Of a DNA stretch of 64,000 bases, positions 28,080-37,834 are shown one piece after another. The position numbers and the translations under genes were made by a program. Every line of letters starts with the position of its first letter. The first letter of the stretch is position 1. A model generated the notes under the pieces. It had not been told where the DNA came from. It was given only the letters and a program-made list of their open reading frames with translations, and made no database searches. This stretch comes from Bacteroidota bacterium (GTDB lineage Bacteria > Bacteroidota > Bacteroidia > Chitinophagales > Saprospiraceae): the NCBI GenBank assembly GCA_016234735.1, contig JACRAN010000338.1, forward strand, positions 11,441-75,440. Reading direction: 5' to 3'.

Positions 28080-30227
28080 ATGAAAAAGCTGACTTTACTT
28101 CTCACCGTCCTGCTTTGCTCCTTTTTCGAAGTCCTTGCCTACAATTCCCTGAAAATAATCAACCCCGAATGGGGGTCATGGGAGGTGGGCACGGGCACCA
28201 TCGATGAAGCGTTCTTCACCATCGAGCCGCAAGGAATCTATACCGAAATCGGAATGTTCCTGACCATTTCCGCTGCGGATTTGGGGTACAATGTGTACGA
28301 TACTTTTGAAATCGTACTTGATTTCGACCTGCCCGAAGGCTCCATCATCCACGATTCCTGGCTGTGGGTGGACGACGTGGTGGTGAAGGCCGAAGTGATG
28401 GATGTCTGGACGGCATCGGCCATTTACGAAGAGATTGTTGACCGTCGTACGGACCCCTCCGTGCTGTACAGAAAACCCGGAGGTGGCTACCAACTGAGGG
28501 TTTTTCCGTTGTCAGGCACTGGGAGCCGCAAGGTAAAAATCAGCTTCCTGGCACCCACCGTCTGGACTTCCGAGACCGTCACGACCTGGCTGCCGACAGA
28601 ATTGTTGCAGACTTCCGAACCAGCTATCAGCAGCTTCCAGGTGATTTTTATTCCCGACAGCACTTGGGCAGAGCCAACTTTGACGGGCTACGACGGATTG
28701 AATTTTGAACCGCTCGCCCACCCGGTGCTGGGGGATGTGCTTGCTGCGAACGTGACCAACCAGGCACTCGGTACCCCATTGGCTTTTTCCGTCAAAGCAC
28801 CGCTGAACGACGGCATTTTTCTAAATCGCTACGAGGACGGGGCTGATAATTTTTACCAGTTGGCCTACCTGCCACCACAAGTCGCCGTGCCGGTCAGTCC
28901 GAAAAGAATCATGTTCCTGTTCGACCATGAATCAGCCAACACGAATATCAATTCCACCAGGCTGTTCAATTATTTCAAAAAACTGCTCGTGGAAAACCTG
29001 AACGAGGAAGACCATTTCAACATGGGATTTTCCGACCAGTCGGGCACCGATTTTTTGGCATCCAATTGGGTGCCAGCAGACCCGGTGATAGTATCCTGGG
29101 TGCTGGATACGCCAAATCCAATAGTGAATTATTCCAATCTTCTGACGCTGCTGAAAAATGGTATCGACTACATCAAAAACCACGGTGAAGATGCCACGAT
29201 TGTGCTCTTCACGAGTTCGAATAACCTGAACACTTGGAACGCACAGCAAAACGTGACGACCATTCTCAACCAGATCGGCACTCACGACATTCCGGTCCAC
29301 ATCATCAATTTCCAAACGGAAAACTACTACTTCGACTGGCAGGACGAGACGGTTATTGAGTACCAAAATCAGGAATTTTACAAAAAACTAACCCAAGCAA
29401 CTGCCTCCACGTTGTACAGTTCATTGGACGGCGGCGGCTCCGTGTGGGAAGGGATTCGGGCATTTTTCTCTTCTTTGTACGGCGTGCCCGCATCATTCGA
29501 CCTCCACACCAGCCTGGCGGATGGTTTTGCGTTTCAACGCTACAATTTGAATTACGCCGGGCAATCTTTTTACCAGAACCAGCCCGTGCTGCAAACCGGG
29601 AAGTACGTCGGCGACTTTCCGATGGAAATTGAATTCAGTGTGCTGACGGACACCGGGGTTGTTTTCGAGGGAAAAATCATCGAACCAGGTGAGATTGCGC
29701 TTGCCGACACGCTTGGCCGTGAAATTTGGGTGGGGCACCACATCCGCTCGTTGGAAGGTGGAAACCCGAATAATTCCACCATCCAAAACATCATCGACAT
29801 CAGCATCGCAGAGCGGGTGCTTTCCAATTACACGGCATTCCTCGCCCTCGAACCTAACCTCGGTGGCGAACCCTGCTGGGGTTGCTGGAACAATGATGTG
29901 CCAGTCGTGATAGGTACAACAGAAGTGGATACACCTGAAAATGGGATGAGTGTTGCCGCATCGCCGAACCCGTTCGTCCGGAATTTGAATATTCGAATCC
30001 AATTTGGCGCTGATTTCAAAACCGAAAACCTGCAAGTCCGCATCGTGGATTCGTTCGGCAGGCCGGTGGTGGATCTGTCGCCAGTCACCAAAATCTTTCA
30101 GTCCCAATTTGAATTGCAGTGGGACGGGAAAAATGCCAGCGGAAGCGAAGTGCCATCGGGAATTTACTACCTCGTGGTCACAACCGACCACGAAACTAAG
30201 GCCGTCAAACTGGTGCTTCACCGTTGA
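28080..30227 (+). CDS. T9SS C-terminal sorting-domain protein with VIT-like N-terminus
   Basis: Signal peptide. The N-terminal ~150 aa resemble a VIT domain (…VVKAEVMDVWTASAIYEEIV…YQLRVFPL…). The C-terminal tail (NASGSEVPSGIYYLVVTTDHETKAVKLVLHR) is typical of T9SS cargo. Confidence 0.7.
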   Translation: MKKLTLLLTVLLCSFFEVLAYNSLKIINPEWGSWEVGTGTIDEAFFTIEPQGIYTEIGMFLTISAADLGYNVYDTFEIVLDFDLPEGSIIHDSWLWVDDVVVKAEVMDVWTASAIYEEIVDRRTDPSVLYRKPGGGYQLRVFPLSGTGSRKVKISFLAPTVWTSETVTTWLPTELLQTSEPAISSFQVIFIPDSTWAEPTLTGYDGLNFEPLAHPVLGDVLAANVTNQALGTPLAFSVKAPLNDGIFLNRYEDGADNFYQLAYLPPQVAVPVSPKRIMFLFDHESANTNINSTRLFNYFKKLLVENLNEEDHFNMGFSDQSGTDFLASNWVPADPVIVSWVLDTPNPIVNYSNLLTLLKNGIDYIKNHGEDATIVLFTSSNNLNTWNAQQNVTTILNQIGTHDIPVHIINFQTENYYFDWQDETVIEYQNQEFYKKLTQATASTLYSSLDGGGSVWEGIRAFFSSLYGVPASFDLHTSLADGFAFQRYNLNYAGQSFYQNQPVLQTGKYVGDFPMEIEFSVLTDTGVVFEGKIIEPGEIALADTLGREIWVGHHIRSLEGGNPNNSTIQNIIDISIAERVLSNYTAFLALEPNLGGEPCWGCWNNDVPVVIGTTEVDTPENGMSVAASPNPFVRNLNIRIQFGADFKTENLQVRIVDSFGRPVVDLSPVTKIFQSQFELQWDGKNASGSEVPSGIYYLVVTTDHETKAVKLVLHR

Positions 30228-30253
30228 TTCACTAAAAAATTACGCTCATTTTC

Positions 30254-30288
30254 AAAAAAAGCCGTCTGGTCTGCCGGACGGCTTTTTT
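30254..30288 (+). terminator. intrinsic terminator
   Basis: AAAAAAGCCGTCTGGtctgCCGGACGGCTTTTTT: a GC-rich stem followed by 6 T, about 30 nt after the stop at 30227. Confidence 0.75.
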
Positions 30289-30413
30289 GTTTGCCACTAC
30301 CTGCTTTTGATTTTGTCTATGAAAAAGCACACTTTCATCCAAGTGCTGGTGGCATTGGCTGATTTTTTCGTCAATTTTGCCCTTTCATTTTAAAAAAAGA
30401 CATCATCTCGATT

Positions 30414-31736
30414 ATGAAAAAAAGATTCCTGACCATTGCCTGGGCGCTCCTGCTGGCCGTTGGCCTGCAAGCCCAGATGAACAAAATCAACTTCGTGGAA
30501 TACGACTTGCCGAACGGCCTGCACGTCATTCTGCACGAGGACCATTCCACGCCCATTGCGGTGGTTTCGGTTTTGTACCACGTCGGCTCGAAAAACGAGA
30601 AGCCCGACCGCACCGGGTTTGCCCATTTTTTTGAACACCTGCTATTTGAAGGTTCCGAAAACATTGCACGCGGCAAGTTCGACGACTACGTGCAGGAGGC
30701 GGGCGGTTTCAACAATGCCAACACCACCTATGACCGCACTTTTTACTACGAATTGCTACCATCCAACCAGATGGAACTGGGGCTTTGGCTGGAATCGGAG
30801 CGCATGTTGCAGGCCAAAGTGGAGGAAGTTGGCATCGAAACGCAGCGCCAGGTGGTGAAGGAGGAGCGTCGCCAGCGCATCGACAACCAGCCCTACGGCA
30901 CCGTTTTGGAGGAGTCAATGAAGCGGGCCTACCGCTCGCACCCGTACAAGTGGCCCGTGATCGGCTACATGGAACACTTGGACGCAGCGCAGGAACAGGA
31001 CTACAAGCAGTTCTACGCCGACTTTTACGTGCCCAACAATGCCACCCTCTCCATCGCCGGTGACATCAACCTCGAACAAGCTAAATCGTTGATTAGCAAG
31101 TATTTCGGCTCTATTCCGAAGAAAAAAGAACCCTACCGGCCTACAGTGAAAGAGCCAGAATTGGGCGGCGAGGTCAGGGACACCATCTTCGACAATGTGC
31201 AGCTTCCGGCGGTCATCCAAACCTACCGGATACCGGCGCAGGGCACCGAAGATTTTTATGCAGTGAGCATGTTGGCGCAGTTGCTGTCGCAAGGCGAAAG
31301 TTCCAGGCTCTACAAAGCACTGGTGGATGAGCAGCAGAAGGCGCTGTTCGTCGGCAACTTCCCACTGTCGATGGAAGACCCCGGGGTGTCGGTTGCGTTC
31401 GGCATCTGCAACGGCGGCGTTGACCCGAAAGACCTCGAAGCGGGCATGGATGCAGAAATCGAGCGGACGCAAAAGGAATTGATTTCCGAGGAGGAGTTTC
31501 AAAAGCTGCGGAACCAGGTGGAAAACGATTTCGTAAGTACCAACTCGACCGTGGCAGGCATTGCGGAGAGCCTCGCCAACTACCACACGTATTTTGGCTC
31601 CGCCAACCTCATCAACACCGAAATCGACCGCTACCTGAAGGTGACGAAGGAGGACATCCAACGGGTGGCCAAACATTATTTCAACAAAAACAACCGGGTG
31701 GTGCTGTACTACCTGCCGAAAACTGCCAATCCGTAG
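30414..31736 (+). CDS. M16 family (pitrilysin-like) zinc peptidase
   Basis: Signal peptide and the inverted zinc motif HFFEHLLFEG (HxxEH), with a downstream E in EERRQR. 440 aa. Confidence 0.88.
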   Translation: MKKRFLTIAWALLLAVGLQAQMNKINFVEYDLPNGLHVILHEDHSTPIAVVSVLYHVGSKNEKPDRTGFAHFFEHLLFEGSENIARGKFDDYVQEAGGFNNANTTYDRTFYYELLPSNQMELGLWLESERMLQAKVEEVGIETQRQVVKEERRQRIDNQPYGTVLEESMKRAYRSHPYKWPVIGYMEHLDAAQEQDYKQFYADFYVPNNATLSIAGDINLEQAKSLISKYFGSIPKKKEPYRPTVKEPELGGEVRDTIFDNVQLPAVIQTYRIPAQGTEDFYAVSMLAQLLSQGESSRLYKALVDEQQKALFVGNFPLSMEDPGVSVAFGICNGGVDPKDLEAGMDAEIERTQKELISEEEFQKLRNQVENDFVSTNSTVAGIAESLANYHTYFGSANLINTEIDRYLKVTKEDIQRVAKHYFNKNNRVVLYYLPKTANP

Positions 31737-31788
31737 CGGCAGTCGTTTCTCTCATTTTTTCACATAAAATCAACTCAATCAATAGTTT

Positions 31789-33861
31789 ATGAAAAAGATA
31801 TTTTTCCTGAAAATAATGGCGCTGCTGCTTTTCGCCCAGGTGGTGAACGGGCAGGAGGACTTCCGCAAAGCAGCACCGAAGCCTGGCCCGGCCCCCAAAA
31901 TCGAGTTGGGGAAGGCCGAGCAGTTCACGTTGAAGAACGGCCTGAAAGTCATCCTGGTGGAAAACCACAAGCTGCCGAGGGTGTCGTTCCAGGTTTTTGT
32001 TGATGTGCCGCCAATGCTGGAAGGGGAAATGGTGGGTTATCGGGATTTGGCCGGCCAATTGTTGAGCAAGGGCACGACCACCCGCTCCAAGTCGCAAATC
32101 GACCAGGCCATTGACTTCATGGGCGCTTCGTTGACCAGCAATGCCAATGGCGTGACCGGCAGTTGCCTGACCAAGCACAAAGGCAAATTGCTCGACGTGA
32201 TGACCGACGTTTTGCTCAACCCGACGTTTCCGGCAGAGGAGTTTGAAAAAGCAAAAAAGCAAACTTTGTCGGGGCTGGCGCAGGCCAAAGACGACCCAAA
32301 CCAAATCGCAGAAAATGTCAGTGCTGTGCTCCGAAACGGAAAATTGCACCCCTATGGCGAGGTGGCTTCGGAGAAATCCATCGATAAGATTTCGGTCGAT
32401 AATTGCCGGGATTACTACCAGCAATATTTCAAGCCGAACATTTCCTACCTGATTGTGACAGGTGACATCACGGTGAAGGAAGTGAAAACCATTGCCCCGA
32501 ATTATTTTGACAAATGGGCAAAAGCAGAGGTGGCAAAATCGCCTTTTGACCTGCCGAAAAAACCGGCGGCAACTCAGGTTGATTTTGTACACAAGACTGG
32601 TGCCGTGCAGTCGGTCATCAACGTTACCTACCCGGTCGAATTAAAACCGGGCACCGACGATGTCATCAAGGTTAGTGTGATGAACACGCTTTTGGGCGGT
32701 TATTTTGGCAGCCGGTTGAACGAAAACCTTCGGGAGGGCAAGGCATACACCTACGGGGCACGTTCTGTTTTGAACACCGACCCGGTGGTGGGCTATTTCA
32801 ACGCCTATGCAAGTGTCAGAAACGAAGTGACAGATAGCTCAGTGGTTGAGTTTCTGCACGAACTGAACAAGTTGCGGGATGAGGTTGTCGCCGAGGAGGA
32901 GTTGAGCATGGTGAAAAATGTGATGACGGGCAGTTTCGCCCGTTCGCTGGAAAGCCCCGAGACCGTTGCCCGTTTTGCGTTGAACACTGCCCGCTACAAC
33001 CTGCCTTCCGATTATTACGCTACCTACCTTCAAAAACTGAGTCAGGTGGGTGCTGCCGACATCAAAATGATGGCCGGGAAATACCTCACCCCTGCCAATG
33101 CGCACATCCTCGTGGTGGGCAACAAGGAAGATGTGGCGGAGAAACTTGCCCGGTTTTCTTCTGAAAATAAAGTGGATTACTGGGATGTTTACGGCAACCC
33201 GATTGAACAAGCGGGCCTTGCCATTCCCGGAGGGGTCACGGCAGGCAGCGTACTCGCAGATTACCTCACTGCCATCGGGGGTAAAAACCTGAACGATATA
33301 AAATCCGTGAACATTCAGATGACGACCAACCTGCAAGGCATGGAAATGGCGACGGAACTCAACCACATGGCTCCCAACAAATTGGAAATGCTGAACAGCA
33401 TGATGGGGAATGTGTTGATGGAATCAGTATTTGACGGTGAAAAAGGAGTGAACATCCAGATGGGCCAAAAGCGGATGATGGAAGGCGCTGCGCTGTCGGA
33501 TATGAACATTGATGGCCATCTGTTCCCTGAGCGATTTTACGAAAAACTGGGTGTGAAGGTGGAATTGAAAGGCATGGAACTCATCGATGGCAAAAAAGCC
33601 TACCAGATTGCCATCGAATACCCGTCAGGTTCCAAAAAAACGCACTATTTCGATGTTGAAACGAGCCTGAAAGTCAAAGAAATTGAAGACAAGGAAGGCA
33701 CGACCGTGACAAACGACATTTCAGATTACAAAGAGGTGAACGGTATTAAATTTCCGCATACGGTCACTATCACCGGCCTTGCCCCGATGCCGTTGACCAT
33801 GACCACGAAAAGCGTGACCGTCAACGGTGAAATGGATACCAGCTTGTTCATCATCGAGTAA
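31789..33861 (+). CDS. M16 family peptidase, non-catalytic partner-like subunit with C-terminal extension
   Basis: Signal peptide and M16 fold similarity (…GASLTSNANGVTGSCL…). It lacks HxxEH. Its position directly downstream of the catalytic M16 gene matches the usual paired arrangement. Confidence 0.75.
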   Translation: MKKIFFLKIMALLLFAQVVNGQEDFRKAAPKPGPAPKIELGKAEQFTLKNGLKVILVENHKLPRVSFQVFVDVPPMLEGEMVGYRDLAGQLLSKGTTTRSKSQIDQAIDFMGASLTSNANGVTGSCLTKHKGKLLDVMTDVLLNPTFPAEEFEKAKKQTLSGLAQAKDDPNQIAENVSAVLRNGKLHPYGEVASEKSIDKISVDNCRDYYQQYFKPNISYLIVTGDITVKEVKTIAPNYFDKWAKAEVAKSPFDLPKKPAATQVDFVHKTGAVQSVINVTYPVELKPGTDDVIKVSVMNTLLGGYFGSRLNENLREGKAYTYGARSVLNTDPVVGYFNAYASVRNEVTDSSVVEFLHELNKLRDEVVAEEELSMVKNVMTGSFARSLESPETVARFALNTARYNLPSDYYATYLQKLSQVGAADIKMMAGKYLTPANAHILVVGNKEDVAEKLARFSSENKVDYWDVYGNPIEQAGLAIPGGVTAGSVLADYLTAIGGKNLNDIKSVNIQMTTNLQGMEMATELNHMAPNKLEMLNSMMGNVLMESVFDGEKGVNIQMGQKRMMEGAALSDMNIDGHLFPERFYEKLGVKVELKGMELIDGKKAYQIAIEYPSGSKKTHYFDVETSLKVKEIEDKEGTTVTNDISDYKEVNGIKFPHTVTITGLAPMPLTMTTKSVTVNGEMDTSLFIIE

Positions 33862-33868
33862 ATACGAG

Positions 33869-33939
33869 TTTTTCTTTCGCAAACAAAAAAGCCTGCTCCA
33901 CAAATCGTGGAGCAGGCTTTTTTGTTTGCGAAAGAAAAA
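33869..33939. terminator. bidirectional terminator with 33-bp perfect stem
   Basis: TTTTTCTTTCGCAAACAAAAAAGCCTGCTCCAC, loop aaatc, then GTGGAGCAGGCTTTTTTGTTTGCGAAAGAAAAA. It lies between convergent genes ending at 33861 and 33948. Confidence 0.8.
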
Positions 33940-33947
33940 ACTGAAAC

Positions 33948-35558
33948 TTATTGAGGAGAAAGTTTGAACTCCACCCTGCGGTTTAGTCTCCTGCCAGACG
34001 CAGTGTTGTTGTCAGCTATCGGATTGCTTTCACCATGACCATTGAAAGTCATCGTCGCCTTAGCGATGCCCTTCGTTGCAAGGTAATCGTAGCAGGATTT
34101 TGCACGGCCTTCCGACAATTGCTGGTTGGCGAAGTCGTTGCCAACGTTATCGGTGTAGCCGTCGATGGCCATTTTGAAGCCGGGGTAACGGCTCAGGATT
34201 TCAGCGATTTGGTCCAGGATTTTTTTGGAGGATGGCAACAACTTGTCACTGTTGGTCTCGAACTGCACATTCTTCATTGCCAGGTCAAGCACGGCCTGGT
34301 CTTCAGCCTTGATTTCCGGGCAACCTGCGTTGGCCGCCAACCCAGCGAGGGTCGGGCACCTGTCACCGGGGTCGGCGATACCGTCGTTGTCCGTGTCAGC
34401 GCACCCGTTGAACTTCCTCACACCGGGGTCATTCGGGCAGTCATCCTCGTTATCGGCGATGCCGTCGTTATCTGTATCGGGGCATCCTTCATGCTCCCCG
34501 GTGCCAGCTTCATTCGGGCATTTGTCTTGCGCATCCGTGATGCCATCCCTATCGGAATCGGGACATCCGTTCATCGCTGGGATACCTGCCGCGGTCGGAC
34601 AGTTGTCTTCTTTGTCGATGATGTTGTCACCATCCGTGTCAGGGCAGCCGGAGAAACGGCGCAACCCCGCCTGGTCGGGGCAATCATCGGTGTTGTCGGC
34701 AACACCATCGCCATCCCTGTCCGGGCAACCGTTCATGCGGACCTCACCGGCTTCGTTTGGGCAGGTGTCTTCACGGTCAGCCAACCCATCGCCATCTGAG
34801 TCAGGACAGCCTTCAAGGCTGGCGGGGCCTGGCAATGTCGGACATTTATCCTTTTCATCGGCAACACCGTCATCGTCAGAATCTTTATCGCCAAAACGGA
34901 AACCTAAGACGAGGCCGCCAAAATTGTAAATATCATTATTATCAGGATCGCCAGTGGCTTTGATGCCATCCATGAAATCCGTAAAAGTAAACCTTGTGCC
35001 ATATTCCAGGCCAAGGCTGACCTTTCTGCTTAGGTCAAATTTTATCCCCAGCCCGAGAGGCAAGGCGAAACGGGTGTTGCCAAAATCTTCAATGTCGCCA
35101 TTGGCCACATCAGGATTGCCGAAAGTTACCCCGGCACCACCGAAAATGTAGGGGGAAACAACTTTCCTGAATGCACCATCGGCGGTGTACCGCTTGTGGC
35201 CCAAAAATTCATATTCGCCCATCAGGGAAAGTTCTACAAGGGTCGATTCAAATTTCGCCCCTCTGTCCCGGTTCCTGTCGTAATTGGCATCATCACCCTC
35301 AATTTTCCCATAAAAAAGATTGGCTCTGATACCAAAATTATCACTCAAGTGATTTCTCAGCAAAATGCCAAATGCCGGATTGGACTGTTTCAAAGTAAAA
35401 GTTGGCTCAACAAGGTCTCCCAAATAATTGGAAATACCGAGGAACAAACCACCCTCCCATTTTCCTTTGGAGGAACCCCCATCAGATGCGGCATCATCCT
35501 GAGCAGAAACGAAAAATGGCAGAATTAAAAAAAGTGTAATCAGTCTAAAATGCTTCAT
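33948..35558 (-). CDS. OmpA family protein with thrombospondin type-3 repeats (paralog of 23173-24522)
   Basis: 536 aa from the ATG at 35558 (MKHFRLITLFLILPFFVSAQ). Same architecture as the other gene: beta-barrel, multiple DxDxDG TSP3 repeats, and a C-terminal OmpA domain. Confidence 0.9.
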   Translation of the reverse strand: MKHFRLITLFLILPFFVSAQDDAASDGGSSKGKWEGGLFLGISNYLGDLVEPTFTLKQSNPAFGILLRNHLSDNFGIRANLFYGKIEGDDANYDRNRDRGAKFESTLVELSLMGEYEFLGHKRYTADGAFRKVVSPYIFGGAGVTFGNPDVANGDIEDFGNTRFALPLGLGIKFDLSRKVSLGLEYGTRFTFTDFMDGIKATGDPDNNDIYNFGGLVLGFRFGDKDSDDDGVADEKDKCPTLPGPASLEGCPDSDGDGLADREDTCPNEAGEVRMNGCPDRDGDGVADNTDDCPDQAGLRRFSGCPDTDGDNIIDKEDNCPTAAGIPAMNGCPDSDRDGITDAQDKCPNEAGTGEHEGCPDTDNDGIADNEDDCPNDPGVRKFNGCADTDNDGIADPGDRCPTLAGLAANAGCPEIKAEDQAVLDLAMKNVQFETNSDKLLPSSKKILDQIAEILSRYPGFKMAIDGYTDNVGNDFANQQLSEGRAKSCYDYLATKGIAKATMTFNGHGESNPIADNNTASGRRLNRRVEFKLSPQ

Positions 35559-35942
35559 AACGATTTTTTTAGGTGAAACCATGGAGCAAAATCTCAGAAA
35601 AGGTTTTAAAAAGACTTTTCCTGACAGACTCGAACCATCTATGAAATAATTATTATTAGTTTGATCACTAAGCAGAAGTCCTAAGCAAATAAGACAATAA
35701 CAAGGTTGGTCAACATGGAAAGATTATTCTTACGGGTAACTAAGCATTTACTCGCAAAGGTAATTTTTTACATTTAAATAGCAAGTCTGTTGAGTTCTAA
35801 ATTATTAGAATTCTATGAAAAAGACACTAAGTGAACGAACCCTCTTCACAGGTGTTTATTTGCTTAAATTTGCCGGATTTGAGCGTTTTGACTTCGGTCA
35901 ATTCGATAAGTCAAAAGCCCGGAGCAAAATCCTATCGTTAGA

Positions 35943-37796
35943 ATGGCCCGTATTTCCATCGACCTCAAAGCAGGTAAAATCGCAAAACCGCATACAGACA
36001 CCATCATTGGAATCGATCTGGGAACCACCAATAGCCTGGTTGCCTACGTTGCGGAGGGCAAGCCTGTGGCGGTGAAGGACAAAAAAAACAAACACACACT
36101 GGTGCCTTCGATTGTCCATTTCACTCAGTCAGGCGAGGTAATCGTTGGAGATGAAGCGAGGGAAAGGCTCGTGACCGACCCTGAGCACACGGTTTATTCT
36201 GTGAAACGCCTGATGGGCAAATCCTACAACGACCTCCGGGATTTGCGGCAATTTTTCGGCTACCAGATTATCGACGACGATGCGGACAGCCTCGTGAAAA
36301 TCAGGGTGGGAGATAAATTTTTCACACCCATTGAACTCTCAGCCGAAATCCTGAGAGCATTGAAAACGAGGGTCGAGGAGGCGTTGGGCAATCCGGTTTC
36401 AAAGGCCGTCATCACCGTACCTGCCTACTTCAACGATGCCCAGCGGCAGGCCACCCGTGATGCGGGCAGGCTGGCAGGCCTCGATGTTCTGCGCATCATC
36501 AACGAACCGACCGCTGCCAGCCTCGCCTACGGCCTGGGGTTGGCAGATGCCCAAACCATCGCCGTGTACGACCTCGGCGGCGGCACTTTCGACATTTCGG
36601 TGCTCCAAATCCAGGACGGGATTTTTGAGGTGCTGTCCACCAACGGCGACACCTTCCTCGGCGGCGATGATTTCGACCGAGCCATCATCAATTTTTGGAT
36701 GGGAAACAACCGCCTCGACCCGCAAACCCTGCAAACGGACAAACCGCTCCACCAGCAACTTCGCCTTTTGGCCGAAAAAGCGAAGAAAGCGCTGACCATC
36801 AACGAGTTGTTTTCAGAAAAAATCAATGGTTTGGATTGCGGCATTTCACGAAACGACTTCGAGGCGCTCATCGCACCGCTCGTTGAGAAAACAATCACCT
36901 GCTGCCAAACTGCCCTGAAAGATGCGAAACTTGGCATCTCGGACATCTTGCACGTCGTCATGGTGGGCGGCTCCACTCGGGTACCGCTCGTGAAAAAATT
37001 GGTCGCCGGTTTTTTCAAAAAAGAAGTGTACGACAGCCTCGACCCCGATGAGGTGGTGGCATTGGGTGCCGCCATCCAGGCCGATGTGCTGGCCGGAAAC
37101 CAACAAGACGTGCTGCTGCTCGACATCACGCCGCTTTCGCTCGGCATCGAGACGATGGGCGGGCTGATGGATGTCATCATCCCCCGCAACAGCAAGGTAC
37201 CGATGAAAGCAGGCCGCCAGTACACCACCTCTATCGACGGGCAAAAAAACTTGAAAATCGCTGTGTTTCAGGGCGAACGTGACCTCGTGGAACACAACCG
37301 GAAGTTGGGCGAGTTCATCCTGCAAGGCATACCGCCCATGCCCGCCGGGCTGCCGAAAATCGAAGTGCATTTCATCATCAACGCCGATGGGATTTTGAAA
37401 GTCAAGGCCAAAGAACTGCGCTCCGGCACGGAGCAGGCCATCGACATCCGCCCCACTTACGGCATCAGCGGGGAGGACATGGCCCGGATGCTGCTCGACT
37501 CCATCCAAAATGCCCAAACCGACATGAAAACACGTGCCCTGTTGGATGCAAGGAACGAGGCCCGTCACATCATCCTTTCCGCTGAAAAATTCGTGGCCCA
37601 AAACCGTAAATTCTTCTCCGAAACGGAGATCGCCACCACTGTTTCGTTGACAAATTCTTTGAAAAAAGTGGCGGAAGTATCAGATAAAGATTTGATCAAC
37701 AAGGCAATACAAGAACTCAACGAGTTTACCAACCCCCTCGCCCACCGGGCGATGGACAAGACCATCCTCGAAGCCATGAAAGGAAAAAAAGTGTAA
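35943..37796 (+). CDS. hscA: Hsp70-family Fe-S assembly chaperone HscA-like
   Basis: 617 aa. Hsp70 ATPase motifs [18 protein letters not shown] and VGGSTRVP. The short C-terminal lid is typical of HscA rather than DnaK. Confidence 0.85.
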   Translation: MARISIDLKAGKIAKPHTDTIIGIDLGTTNSLVAYVAEGKPVAVKDKKNKHTLVPSIVHFTQSGEVIVGDEARERLVTDPEHTVYSVKRLMGKSYNDLRDLRQFFGYQIIDDDADSLVKIRVGDKFFTPIELSAEILRALKTRVEEALGNPVSKAVITVPAYFNDAQRQATRDAGRLAGLDVLRIINEPTAASLAYGLGLADAQTIAVYDLGGGTFDISVLQIQDGIFEVLSTNGDTFLGGDDFDRAIINFWMGNNRLDPQTLQTDKPLHQQLRLLAEKAKKALTINELFSEKINGLDCGISRNDFEALIAPLVEKTITCCQTALKDAKLGISDILHVVMVGGSTRVPLVKKLVAGFFKKEVYDSLDPDEVVALGAAIQADVLAGNQQDVLLLDITPLSLGIETMGGLMDVIIPRNSKVPMKAGRQYTTSIDGQKNLKIAVFQGERDLVEHNRKLGEFILQGIPPMPAGLPKIEVHFIINADGILKVKAKELRSGTEQAIDIRPTYGISGEDMARMLLDSIQNAQTDMKTRALLDARNEARHIILSAEKFVAQNRKFFSETEIATTVSLTNSLKKVAEVSDKDLINKAIQELNEFTNPLAHRAMDKTILEAMKGKKV

Positions 37797-37834
37797 CGAA
37801 ACCCAACTGGATACACCACCCGACTGCATTTTTT

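Noticed and set aside
35583-35942. 360-bp AT-rich spacer between the ompA-like gene and hscA as a possible RNA gene or mobile remnant
   Set aside because: It has no convincing hairpins, repeats, ORFs or conserved motifs. It is most simply a divergent promoter region.
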